64,000 nt of DNA from assembly GCF_018977255.1 (NCBI RefSeq), contig NW_024704742.1, positions 116,562,001-116,626,000 on the forward strand. Reading direction: 5' to 3'. Below are positions 48,250-59,800 of this stretch, piece by piece. The notes beneath the pieces were generated by a model. It was given only the letters and a program-made list of their open reading frames with translations, was not told the DNA's origin and did no database searches. Position numbers and translations under genes: made by a program. Within the stretch, counting starts at the first letter, position 1. The number at the start of each line of letters is the position of its first letter. The stretch is from Callorhinchus milii (lineage: Eukaryota).

Positions 48250-49310
48250 TTTCCTCCTCTACTCTCTACTCTCAACTCCACGAGCACCGATGTCCTGACA
48301 GTCTGCCTGTCCGACATCGAGTCCTGGACGAGAGACAACTTTCTTCAGCTCAACGTGCGAAAAACCGAGGCCCTCCTGATTGGCTCACGTCAGCGCCTCC
48401 GCACCTCAGGCGCCGACACCATCAGCATCCAAGGCTGCACTCTCCACCTCTCAAAGCCAGTCAGGAACCTCGGCGTTTTGTTCGACCCTGAGCTGTCCTT
48501 TCTCCCTTACATCCGCACCACAACTGGCACCGCCTTCCATCACCTCCGGAACATCGCCAGACTACGGCACTACCTCACCCCTCACGCTGCTGAAACCCTG
48601 GTCCACTCCTTTATCACCTCAAGGCTGGACTATGGGAACTCTCTCCTCGCCGGCCTTCCCGCCACCTCCCTCCACAAGCTGCAGGTCATCCAGAACTCTG
48701 CAGCTCGTGTACTGTCCCGCACCAGGCTTCGGACCACATCACTCCCACCCTCGCTCTCCTCCACTGGCTCCCCATCCCCCAGAGGATTGATTTCAAGATC
48801 CTCATCCTCACCTACAAGGTCATTCACGGCCTTGCTCCCTCCTACCTCTCCGACCTACTATCCCCCTACCTACCTGCCCGTACCCTCCGTTCCTCTGGCT
48901 CCGGTCTGCTCCACATCCCCCGCCCCAATCGCCCTACCATCGGTGGTCGGGCCTTCAGCCTCTCAGCCCCGAGGCTCTGGAACTCTATCCCCCAGTGCCT
49001 TCGCCGCCTCCTCCCTTTCCTCCTTCAAGGCCGGTCTCAAGACCTTTCTCTTTGACCGTGCCTTCAGCTCCCCTCTCGACTCTCTTCCCCCTCCTCGCTC
49101 CCTCCCATCCCACCCCTCACCCTGACCATTTCCCCCCTCCTCGCTCCCTCCCCTCACCCTGACCATTTCCCCCCTCCTCGCTCCCTCCCTTCCCTCCCCT
49201 CACCCTGACCATTTCCCCCCTGCTCGGGTCATGACCCAACTGTGCAGCGCCTTGGGACGTCCTCCTGACGTGAAAGGCGCTTTATAAATGGAATCTTGTT
49301 GTTGTTGTTG
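48250..49310 (+). mobile_element. young 5'-truncated L2-type LINE with 3' UTR and (TTG)n tail
   Basis: ORF 48139-49125 (NFLQLNVRKTE, VRNLGVLFD, SRLDYGNSLLAGLP) with a frameshift; tail gaatcttgttgttgttgttg. Confidence 0.93.
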
Positions 49311-52300
49311 TAAAATTAACTCTACTGGAATTTAATGTGGCATCTTTGTACACTGAACTGCAGTTAATTTTACAAATACTACATATGAAAATTATTGTAT
49401 ATTTATTCCATAAAGGATGGAGACTTCATAATGAAGGAGTTACAAAATATTTATATATACGCACACCACCTATTAGGAAAATTAGAGCATAACTGCTCTG
49501 TGTCCAGACAATAGGCTGAATGGCCTTCTTCTGTGCTGTAGATTTTTATATTTCTAACTCCCCCATGACCCATGGGTACCCAGTTTAACAGAAAGTTATA
49601 GAGACCATTAGGTTTCAAGTTTGATTCTAAATCTGGGCCGACTGAGTGGATTATCAACCAAAGCGAAGGTTGCTGTGTTACAAATTTGCATTAGTATCTC
49701 TGGTCTAAGGAGGGTGGAAAACAAATTCAGCCAGGTTTTCCACTGGTTACTGGTTGTCGAGGTGCAGGCAGGAAGAATAGCCACCCTCCCAGATGTCTCA
49801 GACCTGTGGCCTAAGCCTTTCGGGAGAGGGGACAAAGCAGAAGGCTGTTGTTTCCCAGCCCTCCAATAGCAGTGACCACGGGCACTTCATCTTATCGTGC
49901 CAGCACTACAATAAGCTCCAATGACCTTTCAAGCCTCCCCGCCACAGTGAGCACCACCAGTAACCACCGCAACCAAGTGTGGTTACAGGTATGAAACGCT
50001 TTCCACAATAAAATTTTGCATCCTTGACATTAAAAGCGATCTTTAGGTTGCCTCGTCCTCTTTCCCATTTTCTTGCAAACTCCTTGCGACTTCTTGTGTT
50101 CTTTTTCTACAGCTTTATTCTAGTCTGAATAATTGAGACCCATGCTTTACTCAACGACAGGGTCTGATTTACTGTACTGTTTCTCGTGACCTATCGGTAC
50201 TGTTATTGAAGCACTATCACTTGCAACTCCAGTTGATGTGAGCAGAGAGGTTGCATTTATACCATCCTGTCTCACCAAACTACTGTATTTTAAATTGCTT
50301 CAGGGAATTCCATGCACAAACTTGATATATTTTTAAAGTGCACATTCTCACAAAAAAACATTTTAAGGGTTCCCAAGGCAAATTTTGAAGAAAAGTACTT
50401 TTTAATTACAAACATAGGTTTACAGGAGACCATTTTAGTCATCACCATGACAGGCAGGGAAAGGATTCACATCATTTACAGCGCTGTGAATTCCTTTCAA
50501 AACTATCTTAAGTAGAAATTAAAAATACAGCTAGAAATTCTTATCTGCGTTGTCCTAATTCAACATGAAGAGAATATAATGGGCCTGAACCCTTTTACGG
50601 TCATCAGCAGAAAACAACGATCTGAAAGTTCAATATGCTGTTCTAGTACTGCCACATCAATATGAGGCAATTGCCTGCATCATACGGACACTTTAAAGTG
50701 GAAACATGATTTTTCATCAATCCTAGTTTCTTATCCTAACAGACTGGGGTGACTGGTGTGGAGACTGAATGGTTTGTGTTCTACCCAACAAGTTGTTTTA
50801 TTGTACTGTTAGATCCCAACATTAGCTGGAATACTTTTGGTTAGTAAAAACAAAGTTACATTCATCGCAATGCAACAATGAAGCTGAGGAAATCCCATTT
50901 GCAAACAGGCTTTAAGAAGCAATATTTTTTCTTTTTTTCATTTATTTTTCCAAAGCTAGACAATTATCTAGGAATTAACCCAATATTCAACAAAATCCCT
51001 GTCAAATGAACTGCACTGTAACCTAAATAAGAAATTAAATTTAATGTAATAATTTAAATAGAAATGGTGTGGTGTCAGTACTGACTTGCTGTCAGTAATT
51101 CCCCGTGTGTGTATTTTTGGGGTGTTGGCACAACGTGACAAAGTTCCAAGCCTACAAAATACAGTCCCTGTACTTTCAATAAATCCTATGAAGCACTTTA
51201 AGACGACCTCCTGACATGAAAGCCTCTATATCAAATGCAAGGATTATAATTATTAATTATTATTGTACGACCCTCACACTTAATGTTGGATTTCCTTCCC
51301 CTTCTAATCCCTTGCATTATGCAACACTGGTTTTGAAAATAAAATTGACGTTTTTTAAATATCTGTCATAATAATGAAAAAATCCAACAGGTATATTATG
51401 CTGCACATGTAAATGGTTTGATTTGTGAGATTCAATGCAGCAAAAAGTTAATTTTGATTACGAAGTGACAGATAAGACAATTTGATAAATTTACATAACT
51501 CAAGCCCATATTATAGGTCTCGATAGTATCTTTAGTCAATAAATCAGCACAATTTGACTACATCCAGCAAGAAAAAAAACAAGACACTTTAATCACAACA
51601 CATATTCACTGTAAAAACTAGATCATACAAAAAACCTAACATTCTAGTGTACCAATATAAATTAGTAAATACACCAAGGTTATCTACTGAAATAGCACAA
51701 TGTATTAAAATATTTCAACATTCCCTCCCCAGATGCCATGTTAAAATGAGTTACAACAGATCTATTGCTGAGAGGAGTAGGCACACGGAACAGATTTGGT
51801 TTGTATTTTCTGACTAAATAAAAAGCAGATATTCGAAACAGTTAGTGACGGACCACACCAGCCATAAAACCACAGCAGTGGAAATGAATAGGTGCGTTTT
51901 CATTAACGATCCTTACAATTAGCTGCATAGAACAGTAACATAGGGAAATGATCATCAGCTGAGATCAAGAGTATGTTTATATTCAACCAATCTGCTTTTT
52001 ACTTTAAATTCCTAGACCGTGTCTCTCTCCGCTGACCAAATTCCACATGAAAGAAGTTTGTTAAAACAATACTATTGGTTACATTAGAACTGGATTTAAA
52101 AAGTAAGTTGCAGTTCACTTTCATTATTCTGTGGATGTCGTCGGGGGGTGTGGGGGCAGATCTTACTTGATTCGATTTCAAAGGCTTTGGCAAGCTTTGC
52201 ATTTTCAGAATTTTTAAAACAAAGTTTGAGGGAGAAACGGAATTCCCCAGAATTGATGTCCATCAGTAGCAAACAGTATCCGAGATCATATGAATTTGTT

Positions 52301-53279
52301 GGATCAAAAAATCTGTTTGAGATAGTTTTTATGATGACAATAATCAAATCCCTTTCCTGCCCTCTCCACTCTATTCCTACGTTAGAACACAGACAAATAA
52401 TAAATCTACACTAAGATTAAACAGTCAGCACCTAACAATAAACAGTCCTCCACAACTGGAAACGCCAGAATATCTGTGTGCTGAGAGCTCCTACCTTAAG
52501 TTTACAGCATATGTATACAAGTACTTACAGGGCTCAGTTTAAACCTATTCAGTTTGATGCATTAAACAGGCTTTTCTACACAAAGGATCTCCATTGCATG
52601 CAACAGAGTAAAGCATTGGAGTATAATTGAAAATTTGTAGTGTGTGTGGGGATAGGGAAGAGGAAAGAGAGAGAAAGTAGAGGGAGGGAAACACCACTAA
52701 GAGCCAAGACTTCAGCAAGTTAGTTACAATATAAAAACATTACAGCTAATAGAAAGTATTTTTTTAAAAAATTAAAAACATTTTAAAAAACACAGACAAC
52801 TTGGTTGCTACTAAATTTGCTTTTATAGATCACTCTCCTGTAATACATTACCAAACTAAACAGTGGCAGGATCAGGTTGAACTCTGTAACATTAGCATTT
52901 GAGAATTAATAAAGTCAGAGATGGAAACAAAACCCACCCAAAACAGATTTGCCTCACAGATGAGGATTTTCCCCCACTTTTCACAGCCTCTGGAAGAGGA
53001 TGCAAGAGACAACAAAATTCTGCATTGGAAATGGATCTTCATTTTTAAAGATTTGCGTTTGATTAATGCTAGCGTCTGTTAATGGAGTACAGGAAAATGA
53101 GGCTTGTATTATCAAGCTGTCACAGAATACTGCACTGGATCCACAGCACTTCACTTAACCGGTGGCCCAAATACTGGCTAAGGATCAATTTTTTTGGAAA
53201 ACTCTTGAAATTCTGTTCTATTAAGAGTTTCGGTAACAGTAGGTTATAATGAGTTACACACATTAGGCGTAACTTGGAC

Positions 53280-53837
53280 TTAAGCTGCTACCTTGCTCCG
53301 TTTCTTAGGAGGTCCTTTGTTTGCCTTCCCCTTTCTCCGCAAGTTTCTCCTGTCCACCACTGGCACCTCCATCTCAGTCTCCTCTGAACTGCTCTCAGCG
53401 GTCTTCTCAACTACAGCTGGCGACGGCTGGCTCTTCAGGTCATCAGACTCCTTTGGTTCATCTGACGGGGTCTGCTTCTGTGAAACGTCATCGAGTTCAA
53501 CCAAGATTAGGGGACCTCGACTAAGGTCCATTGGGGCATTGGACTCCCCTTGCTCACTTTCATGTGCTGCTGAATCAGTTTTTGGATGATCAACAGAAAT
53601 GCCCTCATTCTCCAAAGAACAATGCTGAGATACTTCCTCATCAACTGAAATGTGGCCATTATCAGATGGCTCCTCCTTAGCTGGCTCAGGGATTTCCTTA
53701 GTGCTTTCAGCTGAATGATCTTCCTTTGGGGCAGATGCATGATGATTGGAAGAGCTGCTGTTATCTTCTACCACGGTCACTGGGTCAGCCTCTGCCGCTT
53801 GGTCCTGTGCAGTAACATCTTGAGCACCTTCAACATC
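53280..53837 (-). CDS. FAM169A: FAM169A last coding exon
   Basis: tttctatgcag acceptor; DLSRGPLILVELDDV and VVDRRNLRRK motifs; TAA at 53280-53282. Confidence 0.93.
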   Translation of the reverse strand, partial: DVEGAQDVTAQDQAAEADPVTVVEDNSSSSNHHASAPKEDHSAESTKEIPEPAKEEPSDNGHISVDEEVSQHCSLENEGISVDHPKTDSAAHESEQGESNAPMDLSRGPLILVELDDVSQKQTPSDEPKESDDLKSQPSPAVVEKTAESSSEETEMEVPVVDRRNLRRKGKANKGPPKKRSKVAA

Positions 53838-56800
53838 CTGCATAGAAACAATCTGATTAATATCTGGCTCCAATTAAGAGATATGTATTCATCAAAGTGA
53901 TCCAAATATGATTAGATTAACACTGATACTTAATGGTGGACAATCTGTCCAAACAAAATCTTTGTAGAGTTGTATCCAACTAGCTACAGATGGATATAAA
54001 TACTGCATCAACTAATAACTGAGGTTCATTCACTAAGAAGAATTTTAAAACCAACATAGGACCCATTCTGTCAATGGGAAACCTCAGAAGGTTTAAAGAA
54101 ACCAACTCATAAAGGGACCTTTTTGTACAAAAGTGTTGCACATAAACATACAAAGTCACTACACTTTACAATAATTCCTGCAAAGAGCTTTGATATGTTT
54201 TGAGGACATAAGGCGTTTTATCAAATGCAAGGATTTTTATAAAGCTAAGCATGTTACAAGCACAGATATAGGGTGGCTGTTGTTTACGTGTTGTGTTATT
54301 TAACTGTGGACATTATACCAACAACAATTTACATTGATATAGTGCCTTTTACATTGGAAGAACGTCTCAAAAGAACTTCACTCAACTGACTGGGAACTGG
54401 GGGGAGGGCAGGAGAGAAAGACGCAGCCCAAAAGCCCAAAGTGCAGTTAAAGAGATGGTTCTTCAGGTGGATCGAAGGCAGGGAGGGAGAGGTCAAGGCA
54501 GTGGAATTCCAGGATGGAGTTCCAGAGAGCAGAGTGGAATGACTGAAAGCCCTTCCACCAAGAGAGTTTGACGAGCAGATATACCTGGGATAGTAGCTCA
54601 CATAGTTGGGTTGAGGACCTGGAGGCATTTGAAAGCTAGGCCAAATATTTTGAATTTGATGAGGAGGGAATCAGTGGAGCTGGGAGAAGATGATCTCCTG
54701 GAACCTGGCTTGAAGCTTGTGGAGGAATGAGTTAGGGAGATTTCGACCACAAAATATCTAGTCAATTCACTTTACAGTGTAACTTGTGAAGCACATTGAG
54801 ATGTCTCAACAACATGATAACAGTGGCAGAGTCAGGCTCTGCCACAGTTAAGCGCTCTAAGTCGCTACCCTGCATGGAGGGTGCTATATAAGTTCACGTT
54901 GCTGTTGTTAAGGTGCTATATCAAATGCAAGGATTATTATATCACATGAATAGCAATTAACATAGAATATCATCTAGTTTTGCCAAGGTTTTTCCCCAAC
55001 CCATTCTAATTTCATATTTTAATATTTGTTTTTGTTTTGATTCATTATTTAAAGTGCCACCTGCAGGGAAATAACAATTAACAATGTAAATAAATGTCAT
55101 CCAGGTTTAAATCCCCTCCTCACTCATTAATGTAATCCTAGTTTAAACCCCTCCTCACCCATTAATGTTATCCTGTTTTAAATCCTCTCCCCAGCCACCA
55201 GTGTTATCCTGCATTAAATTCTCTTCTCATCCAAATAATTTGACTATTTGTTGTTTGTAGAATGCTGGGTGCAAATTAATGATAAATAATAAATGATAAT
55301 CCCAACATTTGATATATCACATCACCAAAACATCTTAATGCTATTCACAGAATTTTACCATCAAGTGTAGTGATTGTATTCTGTAGGTCAACTTAGCAAT
55401 TTATGCACAGCAGTGTCCCAAATACAATGTCCGACAAACACAGATTAATTACCAGGTTTACCTACGTAACAACATTCACTTAATTTCTAATTAATCTTGT
55501 TCTTTAAAGCGCTTCGAGACATTACTTATACATGAAAGACACTACAAACTTGTAAATTGTAAGGAGCTAAGAAAATCTACTGAGTTCAGTTACAATTAAA
55601 TACTATAATAAAAACTTAAAATGCAAATTAATGTTGCAACTTCCTTAAGCGCTCTGAGATGCTAGAGATCATTATATAAGTGCAAGTTGTTGTTGTTGTT
55701 CATTTAAATAAATAACCTAAGATACACCGTGGATTTTTATTGGTGAAGTAAGATACATGATCAAAACTTCATGCTCCATACATTGGCCAATACAGCACAT
55801 CTATACGTGAAGGGACATGCGTTTTTTCTCACTAACACTGCTCCCGTCAAGAATGCCTTCTTCCACACAACTTACAGAGCAGCTGAAGCATCAGAGTGAA
55901 GCTGTTCACAGTTATACTCATTCATTCCATAGACTGGAAATACTTTGTGAATGTCAATGTGAAGGGAGATGGGATTGGGAGGACAGGAATGAAAAAAAAT
56001 ATGGAAACAATACCTCTTCCATCTCATTGACTTCATTTTGATCTTGAAGTTCCTGTGTAGCTCCTGGATCTTCAGGTTCATCATCTAGCTGCTCAGAAGG
56101 ACCTCCATTGGCAGCTTCCTCCTCAGGTCTTATTGATTCCTCAGTAATCTCATCATCTTCATCATCTTTAGTCACATCTTCGGCAATCTCCTGCTCAGGT
56201 TTTTCTGCATCCTCAGCAACCTCCTCCTCTTCCTCCTCCTCCTCATCCTCTTCCTCCTCCTCCTCCTCATCATCTCTCACTGACTCTTCAGCAATCTCCT
56301 CTTCAGGCTTCACTGTATCCTTAGGAATCTCCTCTTCGGTTTTTGTTGATTCCTGAGTAGCTTCATCAGTCACCTCACCGTTCACTGTTTCTGGCTGTGG
56401 TTCAGGTTCTGGCTCCAATAAAAAGTCCTTATCCTAGATTAAAAGAAAATGACAATGTTTATGTCAATCCATGCATTTTTAAATAGGTTTTCCTAATGTA
56501 TAATGTAGTGATCAAGGAGTCCTTGGTTTTACAGAATACTCTGGTCTGACTTGTCAGGGAATGGGATTGAGATCTCTTACTGGGAAGACAATCACAGAGC
56601 TCACAAGGAATTCCATCAAGAACAGCAGCAACAACAACTTGTCACTGATTGTGGAACTAGAACTCAACTTTTCTTAGCTGTTGAGATGTAAATATCTAAA
56701 TGTCAGAATTATAATATCAAAATTAAAACTGCAGTTAGGTTAGTAGTGAATCAGATCTTCACCTAGGATATGCATACAATAATAATCCTTGCATTTGGTG

Positions 56801-59800
56801 TACCACCTTTCACGTCAGGAGGACATCCCAATGTGCTTCACAGGATAAATATTGTAAAGTGGAATGACTGTGTTTTTGTGGGCAAATATGTATACACCAG
56901 TTGCTGAACACACCTGCATGTCTCTTAATAACATGTCCCAATGATTGTTTACCAACAAAAATGTCTCGATCAGTTTGTTTCGGTGTTGGGTCTTGACAAT
57001 CAAGTAGAGGCTCGCACTTCAACGAAGACATGTATAATAACCCTTTGAGGTCATGCTAATTCTCAATGAAAGGTAAGTAACTTTTCATTAATCGCTTTGT
57101 TTTTGCTTGTTTTTGGCGCCTTTACAAATTGGGACAGGGAAGTACAGGGGAAATGGTCTATTCTCAGCTCACTGCCAATCACATCCTTTGCAAGATGCCC
57201 ATATGTGAAGCAGCAATAAACAAGGCAAACAGAACGCTGTGCTAACAAAACACAAAATACTGCAGAAGCTGAAATAATAATAATCCTTGCATTTGATATA
57301 GCGCTTTTTTCACGTCTTCTCGACGTCTCAAAGCACTTCACAGAATAGACTGTAAAGTGAATTGATCGTATACTTATGGGCGAAATCTGAAACAAATATA
57401 AAAGTCGCTGGGAACACTCAGCAGGTCAGGCAGCATCTATGGAGAAAGGAAAGTGAGTCAACGATTCGGATCCATGACCCTTCGTCAGAACTGGGGCATG
57501 TTGGGAGGGTGAGGCTTTTAAGGGGTAATGGAGAGGCAGGGCAAGGAAGAGAAAATGGGATAGAGGATTGGGGATGATGGGTTAAAGAGGAGCTAATGAT
57601 GCAAAACAAAGGGGGAAAGATTGCAACAAAACAGGGGAAAAGAGGTGTTAATAATGCAAAATAAAGAGGGGGGGGGGGGATTGCAACGAACCAGGCAAGA
57701 TCAGAGAGAAGAAAGGTGTGTCTGAGACCCAGATGATGTGATAATGGTCACAGCAGAAGGGGAGGGGGAAGGTGAGTTGTTATGGTCTGAAATTGCTGAA
57801 ATCAATATTGAGGCCAGAGGGTTGTAAGGTCCCCAGCAGATAGATGAGGTGCTGTTCCTCGAGCTTGCGCTGTGGTAAAACACTAACTCGCCTATTACTT
57901 TACCTTGGAACAGAGTAGGAGACCATGGCTGGAGACGTCAGAGTGCAAGGGTGAGTTGAAATGGCAAGAAACCGGAAGCTCAGGGTTGTGCTTGCGGACA
58001 GAATGAAGGTGTTGTGCAAATCGGTCACCCAATCTGCGTTTGGTCTCCCCGATGCAGAGGAGACCAAACCGTGAGCAGCGAATGCAGTAAACTATATTGG
58101 TGGTAGTACACGTAAGTCGCTGTCTCACTTGAAAACTGTGTTTGGGGCCCTGGACAGCGGGGTGGGAGGTGAAAGGGCAGGTATTGCATCTCCTGCGCTG
58201 GCATGGGAAGGTATCGGGGGGAGGAGAGCAACTGTTGGTGGTTGTGCTATATTGACAGATCAATTACATTCAGGTCCTCAGAAGTCACACTCAAACTATC
58301 CAGTGCTCTGATCAGGCTGTACCTAGAGTATTGGATGCAGATCTGGTCACCACCGTATAACAACAACAAGATTCCATTTTAGAGAGCGCCTTTCACGTCG
58401 GGAGGACGTCCCAAGGCGCTGTACAGTTGGGTCAGGACCCGAGCAGGGGGGAAATGGTCAGGGTGAGGGGAGGGAAGGGAGGGAGCGAGGAGGAGTTAGA
58501 GAATCGAGTCGAGAGGGGAGCTGAAGGCACGGTCAAAGAGAAAGGTCTTGAGACTAGCAAAGGGGGCTACCCAGGCCCTAGAGATAATGCAAAGGAGAGC
58601 ATCAAGGATGATCCCCAGAGGTAAAGAGGTATAAGTAATAGGCCAGTTAGGACAAGTTAGTGTTTAAATTCCTCCATTCCTTGGCACCCCTCTATCTCTC
58701 TAACCTCCTCTCTCCACAGCAGTACCCACTGCCTCCACTCTACTAGGTCTGGTTTCCTCCGCATCCTCTGAATCCTCTGCTCCACCATCAGTGGCCTTGC
58801 CTTCAGCCACTACATCCCGAAATTTTGGAATTTCCTCCATTAACCCTTCGCCTAGCTCTCTCCTTAGGTCGCACCTGAAGACCTTCATTTTCAACCGCGC
58901 CTACAGTCACCTTCCTCCTCCCCCTGGCTCGGCCTAGGGCTCTATCATTGTTAAGTACTCGGAGAATCCGCAGGACGTGGAGGGAGCTATAGAAGTGCAA
59001 GTTGTTGTTGTTATTGTTGTAGAGCTCCAGCCTTGAAAAGATGTCTCTGAGGGATCTTTACAGAGACATACCAGATTTAAAATGAGGATTGAGAAATAAA
59101 GCCAGACAAACCATTCAGCCATTCAGATACACAAAGGCAGCACATGAGAGAGCATAGGTTCAGGGTAGCACAGGGCAACTTCAGGACAGACACCAGGACG
59201 GATTTTTTTACACCCAGAGTAAGTAAAGCTGAAACAGTTTACCAGAAAGATCGGTTGAGGTCAGGGTGCTGGACTCATTCAAGAAACAGCTTGATGCCAT
59301 AATGTGAAGACAGTAGTGTGGGGATTCTGGAAAGATTAGATCAAATGGACCAAACCTTGTGGTTTTACGTGAACAATTTTACTCTATGCTGGAGAGGAAA
59401 TCTGCTGCACCTCACCTCGTCAGCCTCTTGCTCCAACACTTCAATGTGGCACAACAAAACATCACCAGGTGTCATTTCAAGCTGATTTTCTGCAGAATCC
59501 TGTAGAACCGGGCACTCTTCCTGCTCTTCCATTGTTTGTGCAGTGTTTTCAGTTTCCTCTGTGTTGGGCTCAGTGCTAGGAAGAACATGGCAAGATTTAT
59601 TTTACTATCCTCAAGAGGGGAGGGGTGTGAAGAGAGAAGAAAGTGGGCGGCGGAAGAAGAAAGAAGCGAGTGGGTAGGGGGGAGAAGAGAAAGGGCAGCG
59701 AGTGGTGGGAGAAAGAGAGAGAAAAAAAGGAAATGGGTTGAGAGAGTTGTCTTAATATCATAATGTTGATTTGAGCCTGGGCAGCAATTTGGCTCAAGAA

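Noticed and set aside
56108..56356. Poly-Ser ORF on + strand
   Set aside because: Antisense of the Glu-rich FAM169A exon
57063..57260. Possible additional FAM169A exon (ORF 57063-57395)
   Set aside because: No convincing splice sites; flanking exons already join in phase; ORF start lies in a SINE
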